NCBI GenBank assembly: GCA_965228855.1
Contig: CBDDIJ010000003.1
Coordinates: 1,152,001 to 1,216,000 of the forward strand
Length of the DNA stretch: 64,000 nt
Source of the DNA: Candidatus Obscuribacterales bacterium
GTDB taxonomy: Bacteria; Cyanobacteriota; Vampirovibrionia; Obscuribacterales; Obscuribacteraceae
Direction of reading: 5' to 3'
Shown: positions 40,387 through 50,077 of the stretch, in pieces
Position numbering within the stretch: the first letter of the stretch is position 1
How the letters are laid out: each line of letters starts with the position of its first letter
Program-made: the position numbers and the translations under genes
Notes under the pieces: model-generated
Told to the model about the DNA's origin: nothing
Seen by the model: only the letters and a program-made list of their open reading frames with translations
Database searches by the model: none

Positions 40387-42321
40387 GTGCATATCAGTGA
40401 AGGCGACTTAATTGAGCAGCGCTATTTTATCGAGGAGCGACTCGGTCAGGGTGGCATGGGAATTGTTTTTCGCGGACATGACCGCCTTCTCAATGTCACC
40501 GTTGCGATCAAAGTCTTGTTTGCAAACACTTCAGATCTCGTCATCAAAAGATTTCACATTGAAGCCAGAGCGCTTGCTCAGCTCAATCATCCAAATATTC
40601 TGACAGTTAAAGATTTTGGTCAAACAGCGGATGGACAACTTTTTCTGGTAATGGATTTCATCGAGGGCGAGAGCCTGAGCCGCATCACAGAAGAGCGTGG
40701 ACCGCAGCCATTCCTGGAAGTCTTGCCTGTTTTTGAGCAGGTCTGTCGAGCATTGCGTTTTGCTCACAGCTGTAACGTTTTGCACCGAGACGTGAAACCG
40801 AGCAACATTATGCTAGCAACGGAACGCTCAAATAATTTTGTGAAACTCGTCGACTTTGGATTAGCAAAACAAGTCGATAAGGATTTAGATCTCACAAAGA
40901 CGGGCTCGGCAATGGGCTCACCACCGTATATGAGTCCTGAAGCGATTCACGGAATCGACTCAGATGCTCGTTCAGATATCTATAGTCTTGGCTGCACGTT
41001 GTTTGAGTTGATTGCTGGTGTACCGCCGTTTGTTGGGGATACGCATTTTCATACGATGATGGCGCATTTACACAAGCTTCCCCCTGCGCTTTCAGAGATT
41101 CTCGAAGAGAACGTCGATGAGGAAATCGAAGATTTTGTTCAAAAGTGTTTGAGAAAGAGCCCGGAAGAACGCTTTCAGACGATGGAAGAACTGGTTGGCG
41201 AACTTGAATCACTCAAGAAAATTTTGGTGGAGAGAAGTCAATCGAGGCATGATTCAGAGTCCAAAATCTATTCTTCTGACAATTTTCTCGAGAAGCGAAC
41301 TGACTCGGCTAATCGGATTGTTAAAGGATCAGGTTTGGTTTTCCTTGCGACTATTTCCGTATCGCTAATTGTTTTGATCGTTGCGTTCTGGCCGAGTAAG
41401 AACCATGCGGTGAAAAAGACCGATGATTCACTAAAGCAGCTTTCCCATGCGCAGACCGTAATGGAAAAAACGAAAGCCGATATGGATGAAGCCGGACAAC
41501 TTGGAAGGTCCGGTGCATCGCTAGTGCCTGATGATACGAGTTCCGATCAAATGTGCAGACTCTACGGAGAAATGACGGATGCGGAGTTTTTTAAAGAGAT
41601 TGAGCCCTACAAGAGCATGAGATCGTTTCGGCTCGAAAATCTCTCAATTAGCTTGACCGCGTCCAACTACATTCTTCACCTTCCAATTAAGAGGTTGGCG
41701 CTGGTTGATATGGCAGTCACGGAAGGGCAGATTAACGATTTGAGCACCCTGGAGCACTTAAAGAGTCTCAGATTCTTTTCATGCGGAGACCTTCCGCCTG
41801 GGTCGCTTGAAAAGTTTCAGCGATTGAACCTGGAATCGTTCGACTTTGAACCTGGCAAAAACTACGATCATTTTGGTCCGGCGTTGTCGAAGTTGAAATC
41901 TTTGAGAACCGTCACTATTCGAAACGGACACGTGCGACGCGCTGATATGGATCTCCTGTTAAAGAAGCTGCAAATCAGTGCTCTGAATTTCGATTCTTGT
42001 CTCATTGATGACGATGCCTTTGAAAATCTGAAGTCTGCCAGACATTGCTACATGTTTTCCTGTGTGAACACGAAGCTTACCAATCGACAGTTTGAGCAAA
42101 TTGCAGACCTTCCAAATCTAACAATCATCGATTTGAATCGCACGAATTTGACTGATACCAACTTGAAGATGTTTCATAAGTGCAGAGGGTTAAGAGCTTT
42201 CGTAGTCATTGATACAAGGATATCTCTGACCGCTATCGAACTTCTTGTAGCGAACATCCCTGGACTGAAGCGAGAGTCTGTCATTACCAGGTGGAAAACA
42301 ACTGCCGATGAACCGTTTTGA
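40387..42321 (+). CDS. Ser/Thr protein kinase with TM helix and C-terminal leucine-rich repeats
   Basis: GQGGMG, VAIK, HRDVKPSN, DFG, GSPPYMSPE; TM; LRRs. Confidence 0.93.
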   Translation: MHISEGDLIEQRYFIEERLGQGGMGIVFRGHDRLLNVTVAIKVLFANTSDLVIKRFHIEARALAQLNHPNILTVKDFGQTADGQLFLVMDFIEGESLSRITEERGPQPFLEVLPVFEQVCRALRFAHSCNVLHRDVKPSNIMLATERSNNFVKLVDFGLAKQVDKDLDLTKTGSAMGSPPYMSPEAIHGIDSDARSDIYSLGCTLFELIAGVPPFVGDTHFHTMMAHLHKLPPALSEILEENVDEEIEDFVQKCLRKSPEERFQTMEELVGELESLKKILVERSQSRHDSESKIYSSDNFLEKRTDSANRIVKGSGLVFLATISVSLIVLIVAFWPSKNHAVKKTDDSLKQLSHAQTVMEKTKADMDEAGQLGRSGASLVPDDTSSDQMCRLYGEMTDAEFFKEIEPYKSMRSFRLENLSISLTASNYILHLPIKRLALVDMAVTEGQINDLSTLEHLKSLRFFSCGDLPPGSLEKFQRLNLESFDFEPGKNYDHFGPALSKLKSLRTVTIRNGHVRRADMDLLLKKLQISALNFDSCLIDDDAFENLKSARHCYMFSCVNTKLTNRQFEQIADLPNLTIIDLNRTNLTDTNLKMFHKCRGLRAFVVIDTRISLTAIELLVANIPGLKRESVITRWKTTADEPF

Positions 42322-42445
42322 ACTGGCGATGTGAATATCGAAACTATTTGTCGCCGACTTCGTGAATTAAGTACGCGAACGCAAGCGGATCAGGTTGCCG
42401 AAGTCACCGCTTGCGTTCGCATTTATCGCGCTAGGTACTTGCGCG

Positions 42446-43342
42446 TTATTTGTCTGATTCACGCCCCCCTTGCGGGCGCGAACCGGACGGACCTTCAGGA
42501 CCAGTGGCATGTGATGGACCGCCGTGCGGTCCACCGCCACCTGGGTGTCTGCCAAAGCCAAACCCGGGTGGCGGCGGTGGCGGCCCGTAACGAGGTCCGA
42601 TTCCTGGATTAAAGAACCCCATCATAGGCGGCGCTCCGAACGGTGGCGGACCAAAATCGTCAATGCCTTCCATGTGGGCTCCGATTGGCATCGCATGTGG
42701 TGGCAACGGCGGTGCGAAAAATGGCATGTCTCCACCGGGACCAGCTTGGCGGCGGAGAATCAGGTGTTGCATTTTGCTGCGCTGTTCCGGCGTGAATACT
42801 TCGGCAGTGTCAAGTACGAGTTTTAAATGTTGCTGGGCAAGATCTGATTTAAGAGTAGTCATTTTCGAAAAGAGCTCGGTGACCGCTTTCCTGTCGATTG
42901 ATGCCTCTCCCATCAGCGTTGTCATTCTATGAGATAACGCGATTAGCTCCGCGTGTTTTGCAGCGGTTTCAATTCTGCTCTGGTCGCGCAGCGCCACCAG
43001 CTTTTTCATCTGTTCATCGGTAAGAGGCGGATTCATGCAGCCCTCCTTGTGTGGCGGTTTATCCGTCGGCGAATATGCGACCAGAAAATTCTTGGGACCG
43101 CCGGCTGATTCCCATGAAGTTTCAACTGTTCCGAATAAACCTGATGTGTCTCTGTTCGAATTCGAGCGCAAGTCGGCAGTCATCACGGATGCTTCTCCGA
43201 TACCATCATCAACGCCAGACCCGACCGGTGCGCTATCTGCGTTTGCCATTTCGCAGGTAAATGCAAACATCGCAAGCGATGAAAGCAGAATTGTTTTACT
43301 TCTCACTATTTTCACGGGTTGAATCTCCTGAATTTGAGCCAC
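42446..43342 (-). CDS. Spy/CpxP/ZraP-family periplasmic protein with Pro/Gly-rich tail
   Basis: Signal peptide; two LTxxQ-type motifs (LTDEQ, FTPEQR); the true start may be slightly downstream. Confidence 0.8.
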   Translation of the reverse strand: MAQIQEIQPVKIVRSKTILLSSLAMFAFTCEMANADSAPVGSGVDDGIGEASVMTADLRSNSNRDTSGLFGTVETSWESAGGPKNFLVAYSPTDKPPHKEGCMNPPLTDEQMKKLVALRDQSRIETAAKHAELIALSHRMTTLMGEASIDRKAVTELFSKMTTLKSDLAQQHLKLVLDTAEVFTPEQRSKMQHLILRRQAGPGGDMPFFAPPLPPHAMPIGAHMEGIDDFGPPPFGAPPMMGFFNPGIGPRYGPPPPPPGFGFGRHPGGGGPHGGPSHATGPEGPSGSRPQGGRESDK

Positions 43343-43937
43343 TGATCACACTTCCGGCGACGGACGTGGAAGCTTCCGGAAGTAAGACTTTGTCCAGAAA
43401 CTTTTTATTGGTTTCCCAAAATTTGGGTACGCGACCGCAGACTGCGGTTAGCCTTGTGCGTGCAAGGATCGTTCGATCTTCATCTTCGTAGAAGCGCTCA
43501 ACAAGCGGGATACTTATGCCTTTGTAGCCCATATTGGACTCGTCACCGACAATGTTTCTCAAAACCATCAGCCATGTTTTGACGCACTCATTGTAGACTT
43601 CCGGTTTTGGCTTCTTTTTTGATTTCTTGATCTTCTGATACAGCGCTTCGCCTAATGCTACCCGCGCATCTATGTCGTTCGGATCCAGTTCAACAGCACG
43701 CCGACCCATCGAGACCGCTCTGTTAACATCGTCGTTGCGTAGAGAAATCTCAGACTGCATATATTGAATCTTCGAGTTGTCGCGCTTCTTCGACTTATTA
43801 AACACCTCATACGACGAGACTCGTTGTCTGACTGCTGATGGACTCTGCGTCTCAGCTGCAAGCGCAAGTGCACTGCCGCTCAGAGTGGCTAACAGCAACA
43901 CAACGATGCATGCGGTGGAGTAGGAATGTAGTGACAT
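43296..43937 (-). CDS. Secreted TPR-like hypothetical protein
   Basis: Signal peptide; RRAVELDPNDIDARVALGEALY. Confidence 0.72.
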   Translation of the reverse strand: MSLHSYSTACIVVLLLATLSGSALALAAETQSPSAVRQRVSSYEVFNKSKKRDNSKIQYMQSEISLRNDDVNRAVSMGRRAVELDPNDIDARVALGEALYQKIKKSKKKPKPEVYNECVKTWLMVLRNIVGDESNMGYKGISIPLVERFYEDEDRTILARTRLTAVCGRVPKFWETNKKFLDKVLLPEASTSVAGSVISGSNSGDSTRENSEK

Positions 43938-44066
43938 TTGTTTCCTGAACCCTGTTGGGGCGTTCGCTTACGACCATTCTCCGGTTATTACGTAAAGGAT
44001 TGATGTGTGCGAAGTACGTCTTTGTAAATCCAGCAAGCAAACGCTTATACTCTCCCGTTTTGCGTG

Positions 44067-44095
44067 AAGGAATTGTAAAGGTGCGAGTCGCTGGG
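44067..44095 (+). promoter_or_regulatory. Copy 1 of ~29-bp direct repeat containing a CpxR-like box
   Basis: (gtg)aaggaattgtaaaggtgcgagtcgctggg. Confidence 0.6.
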
Positions 44096-44135
44096 ACTTG
44101 GTGGTACATGATAGTGACGGTTAAGGAGATATTCG

Positions 44136-45104
44136 ATGGCAGGTGAGCCCATAATCGAAATTGTTGGAGAGAACATCCTTGAGTTTCGTTGCGACGTCCT
44201 CGCTCTGAAATATGCTCAGGGATGGCATGGTGCCGACCTGGCTGTCTCCAAGGCACTTAAATTGGGCAACTTCTGGGAGGCTCCTGTTTCTGGAGAATAT
44301 CGCACTCTCACGCCCGACACCGATTCCCGTATAGCGGCTCCTCTTGTTTTGCTCGAAGGCATGCCGGCTCTATCGAAAATTACGTACACCAATATCCGCT
44401 CGTTCGCACAATCTGTGATTTCGCATCTCGACCAGGTAGCGCCCAACGTCAAACATATAGCGATGACAGTTCACGGTGTCAACATAGGTATGGATGAGCG
44501 TGAAGCGTTTCTCTCACAGATTGGCGGTCTGGTTGATGGTCTTGCGAACCCTGAGGTATTGCCGGAATTGGAACGAATCTCGATTGTTGAAATCAAACCG
44601 GACAGGTGTCTCAGACTGATGAAAATCCTGCAGGAGCATAGCCTGCATCGACCGATTAAACGAAAATCTGCATCGCCTGTAGACTCCAGCGCACCACTGG
44701 CAATGGCAGGGAGCAAAACGGAGAAACCGCACGTTTTCGTCGCCATGCCTTTCACCGATGATATGGAAGATGTCTATATATTCGGGATTCAGGGACCAAT
44801 TCAGGAGGCTGGGCTGCTTTGTGAGCGAGTCGACATGGATGTCTTTACCGGTGACATTCTTGAACGGATAAAGACCAGGATCGACTCTGCTGACCTGGTA
44901 ATTGGCGTTTTAAACGGAGCCAATGCGAATGTTTATCTTGAAGTGGGATATGCATGGGGCAAGAATCGCAGAACACTTTTGATTTGCAAGAACCCGGACG
45001 AACTGAAGTTCGATGTGAAAGGGCAGCGCTGTTTGATTTATTCGTCTATCAACGATCTAAATAAGAAGCTTTGCAAAGAAATTCAAATCCATATGTCCAA
45101 ATAG
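44136..45104 (+). CDS. Macro-like N-terminal domain fused to a nucleoside 2-deoxyribosyltransferase/TIR-like domain
   Basis: IEIVGENILEFRCDVLALKYAQGWHGADLAV (macro-like); VFVAMPF...IDSADLVIG..NANVYLEVGYAWG...FDV (NDT-like); AAGGAG SD. Confidence 0.75.
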   Translation: MAGEPIIEIVGENILEFRCDVLALKYAQGWHGADLAVSKALKLGNFWEAPVSGEYRTLTPDTDSRIAAPLVLLEGMPALSKITYTNIRSFAQSVISHLDQVAPNVKHIAMTVHGVNIGMDEREAFLSQIGGLVDGLANPEVLPELERISIVEIKPDRCLRLMKILQEHSLHRPIKRKSASPVDSSAPLAMAGSKTEKPHVFVAMPFTDDMEDVYIFGIQGPIQEAGLLCERVDMDVFTGDILERIKTRIDSADLVIGVLNGANANVYLEVGYAWGKNRRTLLICKNPDELKFDVKGQRCLIYSSINDLNKKLCKEIQIHMSK

Positions 45105-45167
45105 CTTTGAAGTCAAAGGAGCGATCGGTTCCAGATCACATTCCACAGCAAGAGCGGCTGGCGAGTA

Positions 45168-45195
45168 AAGGAATTGTAAAGGCGCGACTCGTGGG
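45168..45195 (+). promoter_or_regulatory. Copy 2 of the direct repeat; GTAAA-N6-GTAAA box upstream of the response regulator
   Basis: (gta)aaggaattgtaaaggcgcgactcgtggg, then TGCTATGAT extended -10. Confidence 0.65.
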
Positions 45196-45234
45196 CTTTT
45201 GCTATGATTTAAGGGGTGTCCTCTGCGCGCAATT

Positions 45235-45954
45235 ATGGACAATAAATCTCGCCTCCTAATTATTGATGACGATACGAAATTTTGTCGGTTGATTTCCGAC
45301 TACCTCTCTGGCTTTGGTTATGAAACCGAATCCGCTCATACGGGCGCCGATGGACTTGAAAAGGCGATGCATGAGAACTGGCAGGCGATCATTTTGGACG
45401 TGATGCTTCCCGTGCATAACGGCTTCGAAGTTTTAAAAAGGTTGCGTGAGAAGTCAGAAACTCCGGTCCTGATGCTTACAGCATTGGGTGACGAGGCTGA
45501 TCGCATTGTTGGTTTGGAACTGGGCGCCGACGATTATGTTCCTAAGACTTCCTCACCTAGAGAGCTTCTTGCGCGGCTTCGTGCGTTAATTCGGAGAGCA
45601 TCATATGCGGTGCCGGAAGCGGCATCGGGGACAATTGAACAGATTTCTGTCGGTCCTCTGAGAATAAACCTATCGGCGCGGCATGCAGTTCTCTCTGATG
45701 AAGTTTTGCAGTTAACTCCGGTTGAATTTGACTTGCTCGTTGTTCTGGCACAGTCAAAGGGCCGCGTAAAATCAAGAGAAGAGCTTTTGAATGAGATTCG
45801 AGATCGGAACTACGATGTCTTCGACCGTTCAATCGATGTTCATATCTCAGCTTTGCGTAGAAAGCTTTACGACGATCCGAAAACTCCTAAATACATTCGC
45901 ACCGTCCGCGGTGCTGGATATATGATGGCTTACGAGCTGGAGTCGAAAACATGA
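45235..45954 (+). CDS. OmpR-family response regulator (CpxR-like)
   Basis: LIIDDD, LDVMLP, GLELGADDY, LTPVEFDLL, FDRSIDVHISALRRK, IRTVRGAGY. Confidence 0.93.
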   Translation: MDNKSRLLIIDDDTKFCRLISDYLSGFGYETESAHTGADGLEKAMHENWQAIILDVMLPVHNGFEVLKRLREKSETPVLMLTALGDEADRIVGLELGADDYVPKTSSPRELLARLRALIRRASYAVPEAASGTIEQISVGPLRINLSARHAVLSDEVLQLTPVEFDLLVVLAQSKGRVKSREELLNEIRDRNYDVFDRSIDVHISALRRKLYDDPKTPKYIRTVRGAGYMMAYELESKT

Positions 45955-47720
45955 AGTTCCGATTTCCATTGTACGCGCAGATCATCTGTGTTTTTCTCAT
46001 CAACCTTGCTCTGCTGATTGGATTGCGATACGCAGTGTTTAGCTCGCAGTTTCACGTAGGTTGGGACAGCATTTTGTACAGCCCCATTTCGGAAAAGGTT
46101 CAAGGAATTGCTTTCGACGTCTTTAAGCAGTACCAGACACGTCCCGAGTCTGAATGGACAAGTGTGTTAAACGAATACGGTGACTTCTACCGAGTGAAGC
46201 TGTACGTATTTGATTCGCAGGGACATCAGATTGCAGGAGATCCTGTCGAACTTCCAAAAGCTGTGATGAAGAAGATAACAGAGGACCCGCTAGGTCAACG
46301 TTTTCGCGGTCCTCATGGTGCAGCACCACATGAGATGCGCAGGTTTGTCATGGCGCCTGCATCTGCGAATGATAAGTTGGAGGCTTGTGACGGTCCTCCG
46401 GGAGGTCCTCCCGACCGACCCTGGTTTGACTTGGATAGTGGTCATCTGCCTCCCGAATTCGCGACGGGAAGGGGACCGGAAGGTCCTCGAGCCTTACATC
46501 TTCAAACCTTTCCAGATGATCCATCTCCGCATGGTCCCAGGGAAGGCAGAAACTCCCCTCCTCCGCGTTTCTTCGGACCACTCGATCAATTGCTAGGTCG
46601 TCCCCATCTTCCTCCGCCGGCGCGTCTTATGGTCTATTCGAAAGATCCTAATCTTTTTTGGGTTGGAGCTTTGTTTCCGATGCACTGGCGCAAGCCAATC
46701 ACCGTCGATGGTGCGTTCGACCCTAAGCAGCTTATACCAGGCACACTTATTGCGGTGACGCCAAATATCTGGCAGACCAAGCTGATCTCCGATTACGGTA
46801 ATCTCGGGTTAGTGATTCTTTGCGTTTTTTTTCTATCGCTTGCCTTGTGGTGGCCGTTTGTTTTTCTGCTGACGAGAGCGCTCGGAAAGTTGGTAAAAGC
46901 CACCGAAAGTATTGCCGAAGGAAAATTCGATACCAGTTTAAACATCAACAGATTCGACGAGATTGGTCGGCTGGCACAGGCAATCAGCATTATGTCATCA
47001 CGACTGAAAGCTTACGTCGGTGGTCAGAAAAGGTTTCTTGGCGATATTGCTCATGAGCTTTGCTCGCCAATTGCTCGACTGCAAGTCGCGCTGGAGATTT
47101 TGGAGAGAACCGGCACGAAAGAGCAAGAAAACTGTATCAGCGACATCCGCGAAGAGGTCCAGCAGATGAGCCTGTTGATAAACGAATTGCTCGCGTTTTC
47201 AAAAGCTGGAATTCAAGGACGCGAAACAGCCCTGAAAGAGATTGAAGTCGAACCCTTGATTATCGCTGCTGTCGCACGGTCTTGTGCGGATCATACAGGC
47301 GACATTCGAGTAAACGTTGAAGCCGGACTCGGATGCTTATGTGACGAGGTATTACTGGAGCGTGCGCTCGGCAATGTTCTGCGCAATGCAATTCGGTATG
47401 CCGGGGACGAAGGACCGATAACCGTCGATGCTCACAGAAACAATGACGATGTTCTCATAGCCGTCTCTGATTGCGGTCCCGGCGTTCCGGATACGGCGAT
47501 TAAATCTATCGGAGAACCTTTTTATCGCCCTGAAGAGTCCCGCAATCGGAGCTTTGGCGGTGTCGGTTTGGGACTTGCAATCGTGAAATCTTGTGTTGAA
47601 GCCTGTCATGGAGTGTTTAAGGTCGAAAACATCCAGCCGCATGGATTGCGAGTGGAAATGCGATTAAAGCGTTGCGAAATTAAGACTAAAACGCCACCCC
47701 ATACTGTTTCTTTACCGTAA
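45951..47720 (+). CDS. Sensor histidine kinase (CpxA-like; HAMP-HisKA-HATPase) with Pro-rich sensor loop
   Basis: Two TMs, DEIGRLA, DIAHELCSP, NVLRNAIRY, DCGPGVP, GVGLGL; ATGA overlap. Confidence 0.93.
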   Translation: MKFRFPLYAQIICVFLINLALLIGLRYAVFSSQFHVGWDSILYSPISEKVQGIAFDVFKQYQTRPESEWTSVLNEYGDFYRVKLYVFDSQGHQIAGDPVELPKAVMKKITEDPLGQRFRGPHGAAPHEMRRFVMAPASANDKLEACDGPPGGPPDRPWFDLDSGHLPPEFATGRGPEGPRALHLQTFPDDPSPHGPREGRNSPPPRFFGPLDQLLGRPHLPPPARLMVYSKDPNLFWVGALFPMHWRKPITVDGAFDPKQLIPGTLIAVTPNIWQTKLISDYGNLGLVILCVFFLSLALWWPFVFLLTRALGKLVKATESIAEGKFDTSLNINRFDEIGRLAQAISIMSSRLKAYVGGQKRFLGDIAHELCSPIARLQVALEILERTGTKEQENCISDIREEVQQMSLLINELLAFSKAGIQGRETALKEIEVEPLIIAAVARSCADHTGDIRVNVEAGLGCLCDEVLLERALGNVLRNAIRYAGDEGPITVDAHRNNDDVLIAVSDCGPGVPDTAIKSIGEPFYRPEESRNRSFGGVGLGLAIVKSCVEACHGVFKVENIQPHGLRVEMRLKRCEIKTKTPPHTVSLP

Positions 47721-47800
47721 CTGAGATTCGGAAAGTTGCATCCTATTAGATGATGCTAAAATTCTCCTAGCCGCGCCGCGGCAGCAGGAGAGATTGATTC

Positions 47801-49492
47801 ATGAGCGATGGACTTAACGAAGGACAATCAGAAGGTCTGCGAGACCATCTCAAACAGAAGCGGGAGCAAAAAAAGCAGCAACAACCCCGGCAGCGCCGGC
47901 TTACTTACGTAGCCGGTCTTGATGGGCGCCGCTACGTCAATGACAAAATCCTCCGGAATCTAGAGGTCCAACAACACAATCAGTACGGTGAGTACATCGC
48001 CTACGCGACACCGGAGAACGTAGGCGCCTACCAGGCATACGATCCGTTTCAACCGATTGACCCTAACGAACTTGCGGCGGGCTATACCGGTCACGGTCAG
48101 CAGCAAGAGCAACCTGCGGATGATGACGAATATCACGAGCTTCATCAAGAAGATCTGACCTGTGCGGAGCCACAGCCAGAGCCCCATGGACGAAACACCT
48201 GGGATGAATCAATTGACCCTGCATTGGGAAATGCCGTAAGTTTGACTCAAGCCGAAGTGGCGAATGCTGACCTGGAGAATGCACTTCAGCAAGCTCGGAA
48301 CAGTGTTCATGCGACATATCATGATCTTTCCAAGGGTGCTTTCGACGCCCATGCGCGTATGGAACCAGCACCTGTCCAGTATGAATCACATGGTTACGCA
48401 GCGCAGACCGGAGGCCTGCCGCCTGGTTATGGAGCAGGCTCGACCGGCGATGTACACGCCACCTCATATAATGGCTACCAGGATCCACAAAATCTGCAGA
48501 TGTTTGGCGAGCAGACCCAACAGCAACAAGTTCAATTCGCCCAGCAACAATTGCAACAACAGCAAGCGCATTATGCTCAGCAACAAGCTCAGGAACAGCT
48601 CGAGCAATATCAACAGCAAGCCAGACATTACCAGCAAACTCAGCAGTCTGATGCCAATAAGACCGCGCCGCCCTCAGTGCCAGTTTCCTCCTCGGCTAGC
48701 GAAGGCACCGCAGGATCTCGCGAAGAGTATAAGAAAATGCTAGGTGGTTTGTTCAAAGATGAACTAGACGAGGCACCGCAGGAGGAAGCCATGATTCCTC
48801 AGCCTCCGATGGAGCCGGACTTCTCCGGCGCACCGGAGACGCCTCAGCAACAGCCCCAACTTTCTCCGCAGGAGAGGATCGTCCTTCAAGCGGCGCAGCA
48901 GCAACAGACAGTGGCTCCGGCAGCCGCTCAGCAGGCAGGTCGTCCTCCTCGCAAAACGATTTCTATTCAGAAGAGTTTGCTCGGTGACGATGATGACGAG
49001 TCCCCGCAAAGGGAACCGTCACCGCAGGCGGTGCCTAATCGTCCGAAGCCTAATCGTATTCCAATTAAGATTCAGCGTGTGGCGCCTCCGCTTCCGCAAC
49101 AGCGCAACGATGAAATCTATTTCGAGGATAATGCAAACAGCGGCAAGACGTCTGTGTTTAAAATGCCGAAGGAAGGCGTGGTAAGTTCCAGTCGCGGTAC
49201 TGTGGAGCTTCTCGTGCATAAGGGCGGGCGTATGTTCCGACCACACTATAACGCTGTCGGTATCCTTCTTCGCGTAGACGTAAGCGACGGATTCTCACTT
49301 ATAAAAGGTGATACCGACAAGGCTCACTGGTTGATGACGGACCGCAGCGGAAATCCTCTCGATGAGGAAGAAATTGTCGGAGTTGCATTCGATAAAAAAG
49401 GCAATCTCTGGTACGAGACAATTAGCGGCAAGAAGACTAAGTTTTTAGTTGCAGGCGGCGTTGAAGTGACTGGTGACAGTAAGCAGAGCTAG
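47801..49492 (+). CDS. Gln/Pro-rich, largely disordered hypothetical protein with a small C-terminal beta domain
   Basis: 563-aa ORF, AGGAG SD, poly-Q tracts. Confidence 0.75.
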   Translation: MSDGLNEGQSEGLRDHLKQKREQKKQQQPRQRRLTYVAGLDGRRYVNDKILRNLEVQQHNQYGEYIAYATPENVGAYQAYDPFQPIDPNELAAGYTGHGQQQEQPADDDEYHELHQEDLTCAEPQPEPHGRNTWDESIDPALGNAVSLTQAEVANADLENALQQARNSVHATYHDLSKGAFDAHARMEPAPVQYESHGYAAQTGGLPPGYGAGSTGDVHATSYNGYQDPQNLQMFGEQTQQQQVQFAQQQLQQQQAHYAQQQAQEQLEQYQQQARHYQQTQQSDANKTAPPSVPVSSSASEGTAGSREEYKKMLGGLFKDELDEAPQEEAMIPQPPMEPDFSGAPETPQQQPQLSPQERIVLQAAQQQQTVAPAAAQQAGRPPRKTISIQKSLLGDDDDESPQREPSPQAVPNRPKPNRIPIKIQRVAPPLPQQRNDEIYFEDNANSGKTSVFKMPKEGVVSSSRGTVELLVHKGGRMFRPHYNAVGILLRVDVSDGFSLIKGDTDKAHWLMTDRSGNPLDEEEIVGVAFDKKGNLWYETISGKKTKFLVAGGVEVTGDSKQS

Positions 49493-50016
49493 AGTGAGGC
49501 TCTTTTTGCCGGCATCACCACATAAGTAAACGGCATCAAATGTTTCGAGCAGAGCTCTATGCCGGTGGGGCAGTATGCTCGTAGAATAAATGGTGGCGTT
49601 ATTGATACCGTTGTTTTCACTGCTATGTCGCCGTCCACGGCGCCCCCGGTAATCGTTGACGGTAAGTCGCGAACCGTTTCTACAATGTCGGCCTGGTCTA
49701 AAACTTTGAGCGGCAAATTGGTGGGCGAGTGTTTTCGAATTACTGCCTGCACTCGTTGATACGGTGTTTGTCCGGGAGTAACTTTCCGACTTGCGCTGGT
49801 GGACTGCGATGAGGGCGGACCGGAAGCTGCTGCCCGTGCTGCATCGCGACAGACGCTGTCATTGATGCTCGCACCCAGAGCAATGAAACCCATATCGATT
49901 CCAGCGAGAATCAAAGGTACTCCTACAACCAAGCCAGCACATAATTCGACTAGACTTTGTCCACGTGCAAGACGCCTTTCGGTCTTTCGAAGTGCATTGG
50001 CTGTCAGGCTTTTCAT
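49489..50016 (-). CDS. TadE-like minor pilin
   Basis: RGQSLVELC prepilin motif (G/QxxxE), TM, RDAARAAA. Confidence 0.82.
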   Translation of the reverse strand: MKSLTANALRKTERRLARGQSLVELCAGLVVGVPLILAGIDMGFIALGASINDSVCRDAARAAASGPPSSQSTSASRKVTPGQTPYQRVQAVIRKHSPTNLPLKVLDQADIVETVRDLPSTITGGAVDGDIAVKTTVSITPPFILRAYCPTGIELCSKHLMPFTYVVMPAKRASL

Positions 50017-50077
50017 TGTAGTTCCTCTCGTAAGTGGGTTGTTCATTGCTTGTCTTCTGATGATGGAGTTCCATCAT

